NCBI RefSeq assembly: GCF_006345805.1
Contig: NC_043005.1
Span: 75,640,001-75,704,000, forward strand
DNA from: Octopus sinensis
Taxonomy: Eukaryota
Direction of reading: 5' to 3'
Length of the DNA stretch: 64,000 nucleotides
Part shown: positions 34,801-49,245 of the stretch, in pieces
How the letters are laid out: each line of letters begins with the position of its first letter
Numbering within the stretch: the stretch's first letter is position 1
The notes under the pieces: generated by a model
What the model saw: the letters and a program-made list of their open reading frames with translations, nothing else
What the model was told of the DNA's origin: nothing
Databases searched by the model: none
Program-made: the position numbers and the translations under genes

Positions 34801-37800
34801 TTTTCATCTAGAACTCATCTTTAAATTCTCCTTCCTCTGATTCTATACATCTGAGAACTACACCAACTAATCATTTGGTAATGTGGATTTCAGTCAGCCT
34901 GTTATTAAACACTTATTGTCACAACTAAATGTACTGTGTTCTAAATTTCATGTTTACACATGCCTGTACATATGTCTGCCTATCTGTCTGTCTGTCTGTC
35001 TGTCTGTCTATATATCTATCTATAGATTATATATGTGTGAGTGTATGTGTTTATGTCTATATATATTTGTGATTATATGTGTATATATGTATATATATAT
35101 ATATATATATATGTGCATATGTATATATATATATGTATGTATATATATATATGTATGTATATATATATATATATATATGTATGTATATGTGTGTGTGTGT
35201 GTAGCCATATTAGTTGGTGCCGTTACTTCTGAAAGAGTCAAAATTTTAATGATTAAAAAATAACTTTTACAAGTTAATACTTTATCTACTGCAGATTTCA
35301 ATATCTAATGAAGGCAATTTTGTTTTCATTTTGTCTGTTTTTTAATTTTATGACTTCATTTGAATTACACAAAGGGAAAAATTGAGATTCATTAAAAATG
35401 TAAAATTTTGATATTTGCATTGTTCTTATTGATTTACATGTTGTTTTTTTCTTTTTCTTGAAGCTGAAGATGATATTCGGCTTTCAAATAATTAAGTGAT
35501 GAAAAATTTTGGTTAAACTTTTTGTGTGCCGAAAAGTAGTTTTAACAGATTGAATTAATTCACTGCATTGTCATTCATCTATGAGACAATAGGGGAATCC
35601 CTACTTGAACACTAGGCCTGCTAGTACAGCTAGTCTTCCATCATATGACACTAAATTAAAGATAAGAATCAAATAAACGTTCAGTTGAGTTTCAGTTCTT
35701 TCTGAGCTCTTGAGCACTTTGGGTAGGGAGTTGATGCTACTGGTTTCTATTTGCTGTGGTTTTCTGTACATTTGGTCATGTGATTTTGGCCTCTCTCATA
35801 TCAGTTATGAATGTTCTGTGTTATTTAGTTTTTGGTCTTTCTCTCCTGTTTTATTTATCTCTGGTGGTATCCATTTGAATGCTGTTTCAGAATGGCATTT
35901 TTCTGGTAGCCAGAGTATGTGACCTTCTAGTTTTAATCTTCATTCTGTGATAATTTGGCTAGCAATACATGAAAAGCATGGCCATACTTGAGCAGGTCAT
36001 CGAAACACAACTATGTGTATCAACTTACCAGAGACACTGGATGCCTCCCTGAAGATCAACTTCAGCTAATACGGGACTGAGACGGATGGAGTATAAAGGT
36101 TTAAAATTTCTGAGCAAGCTCAACCAAATGATGATGATACATAAAAAGTAAGATTGGATGGTCATGGCTGGAACACTTTTGATTAGAGCTCTATTTGATC
36201 ATTGCTGATCTGTGTCTAAACAATAACATTATAATCACACTGGAGGCTTTAGACTATAATCGTTGTCTTAATGAAAAAAAAACCCAAAAAACAAAAAACT
36301 TGCATCAGCCAAGTTTTTTTATGAAATAACATTTTTTAAAAAGTAAAAAAAAATATTATTAGGAATTGCCTTAAAAAAATTTGTTAAGATATTTAATGTA
36401 TTGTATATTTACTGCACATAAATTTTGACAACAAAATCTTATATGAAACCTCAAGGGTCATATGGAACGCAATTGAGAAACACTTGCCTAAATTCTATTT
36501 TAAAATATCTTCTTTCATTGTTGTTGGACTATGTTTTTTTATTTGTTCTTTTTATCTTTTTTTATTTGTCCTCTTTATCTTTTTGTTGATGTGTTGTTGT
36601 TGCTGTTAAGCTCTGCCTCATCTCCACTTAACTCTTTACCATTCAGTTTACTCTGCCAAATATAAAGCTTTTTCATTCACATTGCTTTGAATTAAGCATG
36701 TAACTTGTAGATTTGAGCATGTAACTTGTAGATGTGATTGTCTATTTTTATACTGACTTGGCAAGGTTGCTCTAGCTCTAACCATCTCTTTCTTCCCTTG
36801 GGCATTGCATATCCTTGAATACATTACCTAATGTGCAAATCCCATTTCATAATGGTAGAGTTTAATTTGTGAAATCATGTGGCTTAGTGGTTATGGTGTT
36901 GCACTCATGATCATAAGGTCATAGTTTCAATTCCCTGACTAGGCATTGTGTCCTTAAGCAAAACACTTTGCTTCATATTGCTTCAGTTCACTCAACTGTA
37001 AAGAAATTCCAGCAATAGCTAGGAAGTGAACCCTGCTATGGACTAGCTTCTCATACAGTGGGTAATGTTTTAACCTCAGTCATATGCCATGGAAACTGGG
37101 TTAAGCTCCCAGCCTTATGATCCCTAGGGCTCATGATAAACCCTAACCTAAGAGTTTACTTTGAGGAAGATTTGGTTGCTATTTTGAATAGATGTATTGA
37201 CTACGTAGAGGCTGTCCCATTGGCTTATGTTTTATAAGCTGTGTGTATTTTAATCAATCATTGTATTTTCTTGTCTACCTGAATCTTATTCTGCTTGAAG
37301 TATTACAAATCTTCTTCAATTTTGATTTCATTGTTGCCAAGCATCTGGAAAAAAATTACAAAAACTACTAAATCTGGACTATCTTTCAAAATGTCACATT
37401 CTTTCTTTTGTTTAATTCTCATTGATTTTAAAGTAATTTGTTTAAAAAATACGAAATTATAAATCATTCTTACTTTCCTATTATTTAAATCATTTTTTAA
37501 AATAATTATTTTAATACTTTTTAAAACATTTTGTGGTAAAACCCTTGTAAAACTAACAAGACTTAATATTTTTGATATTTCAATAGTTTTTTTTCTATTC
37601 TTATAAGACTTTTGCTTTTTTTAGACTCTAATGTAGCACATTATTTCACTTTATTCTTTTTAATTCTTATTTTAAATGTGTATATATATATAAATATATC
37701 CTATATCTTGAGAGTATGCCCTGGCACATAGCCACCTTCTCTCTCACTCCCTCTCATCTTTGCTCTCTCTCACTCTCACTAACTTTCCCTCTGACTGGGT

Positions 37801-38500
37801 AGCCATGTATCTTCTCTACAGCATAATACTTGTTTCTGTCCCTCTGTCGTACTCTAACCTCTCATCACCTAACACAAAGCCACTACCTCCAATACCACTC
37901 CTCTCTCAAAGAATCTCGATCTTTCAAGTTACTCAGTGACCTCACTGGTGCTGGTGCCATGCAAAAAGGCATCCAGTCCACTCTGTAAGGTGGTTGGCAT
38001 TTGAAAGGGCATCCAGCTGTAAAAACCATGCCAAAATAGACCTCACTGTTGCTGGTGCCACATTAAAAGTATCCAGCCCACTTTGTGAATTGCTTGGCAT
38101 TAGAAAGGGTATCCAACTGTAAACACCATGCCAAAACAAACAGTGGAGCTTGGTGCAGTCCTCTGGCTTGCCAGTTCCTGTCAAACTGTCCAACTCATGC
38201 CAGCATGGAAGACAGATGTTAAATGATGATGATGATGATGGTGATGTATTTATGTATGTATATATGTTTGTATGTATGTATGTATGTATGTATGTATGTA
38301 TGTATGTATATATAAATCAATGGTGGGGATTTCATTGATCATGGTTATCAACTTAGCAGCACTCAGGTATGTATTTGGTTGGCAGGGTACTCAGGTGGAA
38401 CACTGATGAATATTTATAGTCTATCACACCATGAATAGGAAAACCAGTGCATTCTTAACTTGTGGAACAACACTTGTTGCATATGTCATGCAGTGAAAAA

Positions 38501-38816
38501 TGTAATGAGATGAATATATAACCATTAATTCAATTCATATTACATATGTTTCAGTAGCATGGTAATTTATTTGCATGTGATGTATTACGTAATATGTTGT
38601 GATATTACATATTCATTATCTAATATATTTTATTACACTGATCTAGCCTTTGATGATTCATGATGCCTGAAGGAATGTTAAGTAATGATGCATATTAGAT
38701 AACAGAATTTATGTAATATCACAGCATATGTAATATATCATGTGCAAATAGGTTGCTATGCTATTGAAACATATGTAGTATGAATTGAACTAATAGCTAC
38801 ATCTTCATTTATTACA
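38501..38816. repeat. Diverged fold-back element (~135 bp arms) with a degenerate hammerhead at 38663-38781 (+)
   Basis: Arms at 38501-38634 and 38681-38816; atgc CTGAAGG a...GAAA catatg TA gtat. Confidence 0.7.
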
Positions 38817-39709
38817 CAGGCATACATATGTATGTATATGTGTGTATGTATTTGTCACCATTCTAATTGGAAAGTAAGTGAGACAAGCAAACATTTGTTC
38901 TTGCTGTGAAATTAAGCCCACAAAGGCCTTTTCAGCAGCTTGGGATGTGTATCAACTTGACTGGTTTCACTGTTACTCAATATTTCATCAGTGTTTGCTC
39001 ACATCTCCCAAATTACTGATGATAATTGCAGAAAACTACTTATTAAACTGTGAACAAATTTTGTGACTGACATCGCTCATTTGCATATTGATGTCTGACA
39101 ATAATAAATAGAGCACCAATACAGCTTGTGTTCTAGATAATATACAGATCCATATTGTGCTAGTTGCATGAAATAAGCAGCCAATCCACACTATTAAGTG
39201 GTTGGCATTAAGAAGGGCATCCAGCCATAGAAGCATGACGAAGCAGACTCTGGAACATGATGCAGGCTTTGGAACCATTGGATTCTGTCAAATTGTCCAA
39301 TCTCTGCTAACTTGGAAGGTGAACATTAAGTGGTAGTGGTGGTGGTGGTGGTGATGATGGTGTTGGTGGTGGTGGTGGTGGTGGTGGTGGTAGTAGTGGC
39401 AGCATTGGCAGCAGTGTCAACAACGATGAAGACAATGAGAATGATATTTATATGTACTTAACCTTGTTATGGAATATAATGTAGGTGAGCCTTTCCAACA
39501 GTTTGGGATGAAGATTGAACTTGTTTCATTGCATAAAGCATAAACATATTGAAAGTAAGCACTATACATACATAAATATGTATATATGTGTGTGTGTGTT
39601 TCTATATATGTACATATATGAGTGTGTATATGTATATGCATATATATATATATTTATTTATATTTATATACATACATACATACACACACATATATATATA
39701 CATACATAT

Positions 39710-39750
<41 letters not shown>

Positions 39751-39751
39751 C

Positions 39752-39784
<33 letters not shown>

Positions 39785-39810
39785 ATATATATATAGATAT
39801 ATATATATAT

Positions 39811-39841
<31 letters not shown>

Positions 39842-39843
39842 AT

Positions 39844-39891
<48 letters not shown>

Positions 39892-39928
39892 CATATATTA
39901 TATATATATATATAGATATATAATATAT

Positions 39929-39971
<43 letters not shown>

Positions 39972-39989
39972 ATATATATATATATATAT

Positions 39990-40044
<55 letters not shown>

Positions 40045-40886
40045 TAATATATATCATAGTAAATTTGCATGTGTTTCTTGAAGAACAAATATGAAATATT
40101 AATACTAAAATAAAATAAATAAATTAAGCCCAAATAACGTAAGTGATGTGTCAAAACATAGCAAGCCAATGTCAAATGGTATATCTCAGGAAATTATAAT
40201 ACCATAACTAAGACTGAAGTAAGAAACAACTTAAAAAGTATAACTTCACTAGAAATAGTTTTTCTGTATTGAAATACTTAGTACACAACTTTTCAATTAC
40301 CCTGGTTGTAGATTAAAAAAGAAATAAGTATATTTTATTACAAAAAGTGTTATGGATTGATAGTCATATAGACACTTGACTTTTACACATGCATACATGT
40401 GCTTACACCTATACACACCTATATGTTTCTATACTGTTATCTCTTCCTTTTTCTCTGTGTATAAACCTATCTCCGACCCCATCCATCTGCCAATCTGTAT
40501 GTATATATGCAAGCAGGTATGCATGTACAAATTCTTTTCCACTGTAGGCAGAAGGCCTGAAATTTTGGGGGATGGGGCCAGTCGATTAGATCAACCCCAG
40601 TACGCAACTGGTACTTAATTTATCAACCCCGAAAGGATGAAAGGCAAAATTGACCTCAGAGGAATTCAAACTCAGAATGTAAAGACAGACGAAATATTCT
40701 TTTCTACTCTAGGCACAAGGCCTGAAATTTTAGGGGAGGTAGGCCAGTCGATCAGATCGACCCCAGTTCACAACTGGTACTTAATTTATTTAACCCTGAA
40801 AGAATGAAAGGCAAAGTTGACCTTGGGGTCCATAAAATAAGTAGGAGCAAGAAATGGAAACAGAATGGAAAAAGGATGCTAATGAA

Positions 40887-40921
<35 letters not shown>

Positions 40922-40992
40922 TATTAATAATAATAATAATGATAATAATAATAATAGTAGTAGTAGTAATAATAAAAATAATAATAATAATG

Positions 40993-41040
<48 letters not shown>

Positions 41041-44000
41041 TAGTATCATTCTATTTGTTTTAGCTTTGTATTTAAAGCACAAACACACATAAAAATTTAT
41101 GGTAAGCTCAAAAATCTATAAGGTATTTAAAATGGAAACAAAATTATGTTATTTAAATATTGAACGTTTTAAATGTAAAATGAAACAATATGGAAAATGC
41201 ATGCAGCTTCTACAACAGCCATTTTTATAGAGGGATTATTCTTGCAAAGTTACTCATTAATCTAATTCAGTAGCCAACTGTCTTTTAATGGGGTACAAAA
41301 TTAATCCACACAATTGTAGAGTCCTTGTAGGACTTTATGTCTTTGAACTGGCTTAAAGATCCACAACTGCATTAGATATTTGCAAAGTTAGGAAAATGTG
41401 TTAGAATGTGAACTGGTTAGGAAAATGGAACACATAACGTTTGTTGTGATCATGAATTTAAATTCAATTTTGATGGTCAGTCATTTAACACTTCTTAAAT
41501 TTTTGCTAGAATACAGCTGGTGCTCATTATCTCTTTGTACATGTCTTTGAATGAAAGAAACTCTTGTATGATTTCAGTTTAACTATGGACGATGTCTGAG
41601 TACGTGACTATGACTGAATCTAATTTCTTCATATTATCTGCATCATCAAAAACATTCTGGATCTAAAATACTAATGTCGGAAGTTACATTTTTAAAATGC
41701 TTAAATTTTTTGCCTGTGCTATTTATAACAGAATCTAACGACACTAAGTTGTATTCAACTATCAATTTCTGTCAGACATCAAATATTTTTTCATCCTCAG
41801 CAATTTAATCACAGAATATTTCCATTTTTTTTTTCACTCTGTCTGTCTTGCTTGCATTCTGTATTAATATCACATAATATCACACTTTTGACTCAACTTG
41901 GTTGCTTCATTTTTAATCTGAATTGAGTTTCATGTTTAGTTCACATTCTTTTCATATCTTTTTCAAAAATCTGAATCAAATAAGAATCTCTGAAAAGATC
42001 TAGACTACTTTTCTATAAATATATGGCTAGGTTGAAAGTCTTGCTAGCACTTTAGTCTGCAATATAAGAATAACTAAACATTCTTAAGTACTTGGTGTTT
42101 TCTGCATACTCTTTGCCTGCGTGAGCTGTTAAGGTATATATATTTTTTATTTCACCATCTAGGTGCAGGAATGGCAGTGTGATAAGAAGCTTGCTTCCCA
42201 ACCACATGGTTTTGGGTTCAGTTCCATTGCATAGCATCTTGGGCAAGTGTCTTTTACTGTAGCCTTGGGCTGACCTAAGCCTTGTGAGTCGATTTGGTAG
42301 ATGGAAACTGAAAGAAGCCCATCATGTATTCATACATACATACATAGATATATATATGCCCTATTGCCCTATTGTTTTAATATATATTTATATTTGAGTT
42401 TTGATAATTTGGGAATGATATAAAGTTGTTTTGATCGATTGGAGCATTTATTCATTATACCTTTCAATTTATTTCTCCTTTTGCCTTGGTGTCACCTGAC
42501 CACTTCCAGCTGCAGCCCTATTTTTATTTTTGTTCTTCAGTTCCTCATATATAGAGTGTCACCATACCGGCACATGTGACAGTGGCATGTGAAAAACAAC
42601 ATTTGAGCATGGTTGTTGCCAGTGTCACTGGACTGGCTATGTAAAAAATACCTTTTGAGCGTGGTCGTTGCCAGAACAGCTTGACTTGCCCTCGTGCCAG
42701 TGGCATGTAAAAGCACCCACTACTGGAGTGGTTGGCGTTAGGAAGAGCATCCAGCTGTAGAAACTTTGCCAGATCACATTGAGCCTGGTACAGCCATCTG
42801 GCTCACCAGTCCTTAGTCAAACCGTTCAACCCATGCCAGCATGGAAAGTGGACGTTAAGCAACAATGATGATGATGATGATGATGATGATGATATATTTA
42901 ATGTCATCATAATCTTCGTAGCTATCATTTAACATCTGTTTTCCATACTGGCATGGGTCTGACAGTTTGACAGGAGTTGGCTAGCCAGAAGATTGCAAGA
43001 GACTTCATTGTCCATTTTGGCATGGTTTTTACATTTATATGTGTGTTTGTGGTGTCTGTGTCTGTGTTTGTTCCCTCATTCCTGCTTGACAACCAGTGTT
43101 GGTGTGTTTATGTCCCCATAACTTAGTGGTTCGGCAAACAGACCAATAGAATAAATACCAGTCTTTGAAAAAGAAAAAAAAAGAAAAGTACTGGAGTTGA
43201 TTCATCCAAGGTGGTGCCCCAGCATGACTGCAGTCTAATGACTGAAACAAGTAAAAGACAAAAGATTAAAGATTCAAAACTCATGGTTAAACAACTACTA
43301 GTGTTGCTTTGTTAAATTCTACAAGGCTTTTTTTACTACTTCTGACTTGATGGATGTTCAACCACTATCCCAAAATTCCTTAAGGGACAGTGACTTGATA
43401 TGAACATGGTTGTCCTAGGTAAACTGATGTAGAAAAAAAAAAGGTAGAGACCCTTTCTAGGGTCCTCCTACCAAAAACAAAGGAACAAACAAAAACAACT
43501 TGATTTAAATATTAGGGTTTATTGCAAAGCAGAAGCTGGCAAAATCATTAACATACTTAGCAGCATGTTCCCTGTTTTCACATTCTGAGTTCAAGTTCCA
43601 CTGAGGTCGACTTTGCCTTTCAGCCTTTCAGTGTTGATAAAATTAGTACCAGTTGAATATGGGGTTGATGTAATTGACTTACCAACTCCCTTAAAATTGC
43701 TGGCCTTGTGCCAAAGTTTTAAACCAGTATCAGAGCTCATTACATCAATTAAAACGAAATTTAAATCATTGTGGGGTATCCATGTATCTGCTCTACAACA
43801 AGACACCTATATCTGTTCCATCCATACCCTAAATCTCTCAACTGACACAAAGCCACTTTCCTTCAATACTACCTGCCCCATCTTAGTTGAGTGGGTTTAT
43901 GTCTTGCCAGGTACATGGCGACGACCCTGTTGGTGCTGGTGCCACATACAAAACACCCAGTACACTCTGTAAAGTGGTTAGCATTGAAAAGGGCATCCAG

Positions 44001-44218
44001 CTGTAGAAACCATGCCAAAACAAATAATGGAACCTGATGCGGCTCCTGGTCTTGACGGTTCCTGTTAAACTGTCCAACCCATGCCAGCATGGAAAATGGA
44101 GGCTTGATGATGATGATGATGATGATTGGCAATACTACATGTCATCACTTTGATGGCATGCACTGCTCTCTCAATAATAATAATAATGATAATAATAATA
44201 ATAATAATAATAATAATG

Positions 44219-44299
44219 GGAACAGTGAGCAAAAATCTTGAGAAGTACATGGAACAAATAAGGGTTGCAATAAGGGTGGAGCACTTGCAGAAAACAGCA
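44219..44299 (+). mobile_element. C-terminal fragment of an RLE-type (R4/Dong/NeSL-like) non-LTR retrotransposon
   Basis: GTVSKNLEKYMEQIRVAIRVEHLQKTA matches the GALG.V.K.L..YL........LQK.ALLG pattern; it directly follows an (AAT)n tract. Confidence 0.55.
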
Positions 44300-44332
44300 A
44301 TGATGATGATGATGACGACGACGACGACGTAA

Positions 44333-44367
<35 letters not shown>

Positions 44368-44997
44368 CATCAAGGGCATAAAGAATGCACTTGAAGCAAC
44401 TTACATAGCTTTGTTTGGAGAGTAGATATCTTTCTTGACAAGGTGCTTACTGTCTTGCAAGAATGACTGTTTTGTGTAATTATTTGCAGCTGTAAGTCTT
44501 TGATTGCTGAAAGAAGAATGTTGAAAAACCATTTCAGCCCTTGCTCCAGGTAATTTGCTGGATTGCATTAATCTTTCCATTTTCTCACTGCTTGCTCTTA
44601 TATGTTGCTAGGATGAAAAAAAAAAAATTATCAGTTCTGCCAATATTGTTAATAGAGTTCACACCATCATCATCATCATTGTCGGTGTTGTCGTCATCAT
44701 CGTCATCATCACCTTTATCCTTTAACAGTAGTTTTCCATGCTGGTATGGGCTGGACAGTTTGACAGGTGCTGGCAAGTCTGAGAACTGCTCCAGGTTCCA
44801 TTGCCTGCTTTGGCATGATCTCTACTGTTGGCTGCCCTAAACACTTTACAGGTTGTACTGGCTGCTTTTCACATGGCACCATCTCCAGCAGGATCACTAA
44901 GTAACATGCAAATCAAAAACCCCTCGGCTGGGAGAGGGAGTTGCACTGAGAGAAGTGGCTTTGTATCAGTTGAGAGGTTAAAGTATACTCTTTTTTT

Positions 44998-45406
44998 TTT
45001 ACTCTTTTACTTGTTTCAGTCATTTGACTGTGGCCATGCTGGAGCACCACCTTTAGTCGAGCAAATCGACCCCAGGACTTATTCTTTGTAAGCCTAGTAC
45101 TTATTCTATTGGTCTCTTTTGCTGAACCGCTTAGTTACGGGGATGTAAACACACCAGCATCGATTGTTAAGCGATGTTGGGGAGACAAATACTGACACAC
45201 AAATATACACACACACACACACACATATATATATACATATATACGATGGGCTTCTTTCAGTTTCCGTCTACCAAATCCACTCACAAGGCTTTGGTCAGCC
45301 TGAGGCTATAGTAGAACACACTTGCCCAAGGTGTCACACAGTGGGACTGAACCCAGAACCATGTGGTTCGTGAGCAAGCTACTTACCACACAGCCATTCC
45401 TACGCC
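44998..45406 (-). mobile_element. SINE family A, full length
   Basis: Same family; further full copies at 54485-54900 (-) and 61872-62270 (+). Confidence 0.85.
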
Positions 45407-46325
45407 TATAATAGAGGGATAGAGATAGGTGTCTTACTATAGAGAAGATAGATGACCACCCCAGTAGAATTGCAAGCTATGTTGGCTACTTTGGTTTCAG
45501 TCCTTATTTTGAATAGAACCAAAGCTGATCAAGACAGTATCAGATCATTATTTGTGTCAGGGCTGAGGTATATTACCTTTTTATCAATCAGTAATAAATG
45601 TTGCTCTAGTAATATCTTGGCAAATGCCTTAATAAGTGAAAAACTATTTCCTTTATTTGTATTTAGGGAACCTGCATTTGTATTTAGAGAACTTTGATAT
45701 TCACAATGAACAAGGAATGACTGTACTTGTTTCTCCAAATAGAGAACTACACCTATAATATGGTTTAGAATATTTCTTTTATTTTTTTATCTCTTTCTTT
45801 TTTTCTCCTCTAACAAGTCCAGCCAAAACAATTTTGTTGTGAAACAAACAAAATTTGGCAAGAAAAAATCTTTCTCTACTTCTTTGTGAATTTCATTTTT
45901 TGTATTTTTAACTTCTATGGTTTTCAATTTTGTGTGTACCTTTAACAAGTTTTACAGTCACTTTTTGGGAATCCTCCAACCGTCTGGCCGAATTGCAAAA
46001 TACCAACATAAAATGAAACATTGTGTTTGCTAAAGGCGAGTTAACCAGCCACTGCCTAAATATTTCACAACCACTTTTAAATTATTTCCTTCTATCTAGT
46101 TGCACGAAAATGATGTTCAGCTTAATCTTTTGGAAAGCTGTGAGAAATTAATTTAAAGATTTGGTTGACAAGGGCCTAACTCTAAGCAGTGCACATATGA
46201 AATCTGGTCTTACAGGTATTTTGCAAAACAGGTGCGAATCTGTTGAGTGTCAAATATTCTGTATGTGCATCGATAATCACACATAACCTCACTGTGTCAT
46301 CATTGTACATATGTATATGTATCTT

Positions 46326-46359
<34 letters not shown>

Positions 46360-46989
46360 TGCATACACATACATATATGTGCACTTATATGCAGATGCAT
46401 ATGCACACAATCACACATATATAGATTTATATATATATGTAAAGATATATGTATCTATATATGTGTTTATATGTACTCACACATATATTATTAACAATAA
46501 ATTACATAGAGAGATACAAATGACAATCCAGTAATTTATTTATATTATAATATAACATAATATACGATGAATATAATATGATAAAATATAACACAAGCAA
46601 TTATTTAAAAGACCCAAAAAGACAACAATTTGTTTCAACTTATTTACATTTTTTGATTTTATATATATATATATGTATGAATGTATACATGTATGTATAT
46701 GTTTATGTGTCTGTGTTTGTCTCCACTTCCACCATCACTTGACAACTGTTGTTAGTGTGTTTACGGCCCTGTATCTTAACGGTTCAGCAAAAGAACCGAT
46801 AGAATAAGAATTAGGCTTACAAAGAATAAGTCCTGGGGTCAATTTGTTTGACTAAAGGCAGCGCTCCAGCATAGCCACAGTCAAATGACTGAAACAAGTA
46901 AAAGAATTAAAAAGAATATATCTTCTTAATATAAATTTGGGTGTCACCAGATGAAGCTGCACTGCTATGTGGTGCATCTTTGATTTGCA

Positions 46990-47805
46990 GTGCTTTTTCA
47001 CAGTTCATCGATTTTTGTGATGGTTGAACTGAAGGAATAGCATGCTTCCATGAAATTCTATTTTCTGCAGTGGAAAATGGTGGCCGAAACAGTTCTTATG
47101 CTTTAACCTTTTCGTTACTGTATTTATTTTGAGATGCTCTGTTTCTTTCAATTACTTTAAATATAACAAAGAATTTAGTAAAACAATTTAGTTATCATTA
47201 AATTAGTGTTAGGAACATAAATTGTGACTAAAGTTTGGTGGAAGATTTTAATTCAAAACTTACGGAAACAAGACATTTGTACTCAGAGCGAGCCGGTTTC
47301 AGCCAGGTTGGTAACGAAAGGGTTAAACAACTTACAAGGATACTGCCATGAGCAAAACACAAGTTTACAAGTGGTTTTCACACTTTTGGATTGGTCACTT
47401 GTTTCTGACAGGTTGACTGTCGACTTCCTGAATAAATGAAAACATTACAAAAATTCATGAACAAAAGTATGTTATTTAAATATTGAACGTTTTAAATGTA
47501 AAATGAAACAATATGGAAAATGCATGCAGCTTCTACAACAGCCATTTTTATAGAGGGATTATTCTTGCAAAGTTACTCATTAATCTAATTAATCTTGGAG
47601 GAGCATTACTGAACAGTTGACAAAGTTGTGATATGATTGCTGTGTCCTGAATAGCAAATGAAAAGAGTCGCAGCAAAATTTTTACCTCAAAAACAGCCAT
47701 GACTAAATACGTTTTGTGGATTGAAAGATCAACTGGAAGTTGATCTGAACCTTTTTACCAAAGGCCATCACTGGTGATGAAAGCTGGTGCTATGGCTATG
47801 ACTGG
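46990..47805 (+). mobile_element. Mariner transposase remnant interrupted by two insertions
   Basis: MVELKE*HASMKFYF...AETVLML / TTYKDTAMSKTQVYKWFSHF / ENITKIHE-LILE / MKRVAAKFLP / ITGDESWCYGYD. Confidence 0.8.
47107..47322. mobile_element. piggyBac-type MITE with a TTAA TSD
   Basis: TTAA (47103-47106) ccttttcgttac...gtaacgaaaggg TTAA (47323-47326). Partial or related copies at ~14277, 17077 and 948-1390. Confidence 0.8.
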
Positions 47806-48252
47806 AAATGGCTGGGAAACAGCAATGTATGTCACTCCCTTACACTTTTGGGGTTATTTTCTTTTACCTAATTTTGAGTTATACTCTGTTTTTAAACACA
47901 ATATGTCTTTAAAGGGACCTCTCTCATGGATGAAATGTGGCAGCTTTGTAACGATTACTAACACTCATGCACGAAATATATTATATTGGTAATTCTTATA
48001 TTATTAAGCAGCTTCAAACACAAAATTTGATCACCACACACACACACACACACCAAACACATTGTAATATTATATATATCATATATATAATATAATATAT
48101 ATGTATATATTTATGTATGTGTATATATATATATATATTATATTATATATATATATATATATATGTTATGTATAAATATATATATATATTGATATATCCA
48201 TATATATTTTGTATATATATATATATATCTATATATATATATAACATACCTA

Positions 48253-48294
<42 letters not shown>

Positions 48295-48382
48295 CACATA
48301 TATATATATATATATGCATATATATGTATATATATACTACATCATATATATGTGTATATATATATATACACATATATGTATC

Positions 48383-48423
<41 letters not shown>

Positions 48424-48460
48424 CATACATACACACAGACACACCACACACACACACACA

Positions 48461-48785
48461 GAGGGTGTGGTGGATAAATTGTCGCCATTTTATATGCTTA
48501 ATTCCACGCAGTATAGCAGGGTCAGTTGAGTACTGGCTGTGAGGGAAAACAGCACTATGATGCAATTCAGTTGGCCAGGAATTTGGAAACAACATGCGGT
48601 ACTGCTTGGGATTCATGCTAGAAGCTGCAATATGAACATTTCAGCATGTTTGAGTATCAATCTGAGGACACTGCAATCTGGAGACATGTACTGAGACTGA
48701 TAAAAATCAAACATCCATTCAATATGATGGTGTTTGTAGTGATCACTAGTGATGGCTATGTTTTGCCTCAATTCAGCTTTACCCA
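48461..48785 (+). mobile_element. Tc1/mariner-superfamily remnant
   Basis: TIR-like gagggtgtggtggataaattgtcgcc; KHPFNMMVFVVITSDGYVLPQFSF resembles the K.P..VMV.GVI.SDG..MPP..F segment of such transposases. Confidence 0.5.
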
Positions 48786-48867
48786 AGATACCCTAGTTTA
48801 ATATATTATATTTTGAAGAGACATTTCTTCAATAAATATATTAAAAAACATCAAATATTATCAATAA

Positions 48868-49245
48868 GTTTGAAAATGGAGAGATTCAATGGATATAAAT
48901 TAATTTATTAATCATCTAGCATTGCCTACAATTGTTTCACTTTGCACCCAATGTAAATTACAAAACATATATAATAATGTAAGTTTGCATTTTGAGTGTC
49001 CTGGGTGGAAGATCTTCTGAGCAAAATGGACATTACAGAATTTACATTTTGAGCAATTGAAATGCTGTTGGAGTATTTCAATTAATCTTTGCCCTGATGA
49101 TCTTCCACCTAGGGTACTCAGAATGCAAGCTCATATTATTATATATGTTTTATAATTTAAATTGTGTGTGAAGTGAAACAATTGTAGGCAATATTAAATA
49201 ATTAATAAATTAATATATACCCATTGATTCTTTCCATTTTCAAAC
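48868..49245. repeat. Diverged fold-back element (~155 bp arms) carrying a hammerhead
   Basis: gtttgaaaatggagagattcaatgg... pairs with ...ccattgattctttccattttcaaac. The right arm holds the intact hammerhead; the left arm has a degenerate CAGAAGA core on the minus strand. Confidence 0.8.
49089..49191 (+). ncRNA. Type-I hammerhead motif with a long stem II loop
   Basis: ttgcc CTGATGA tcttccac...gtgtgaagt GAAA caattg TA ggcaa. Stem I 5 bp, palindromic stem III ACAATTGT, GUA site. Confidence 0.75.
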
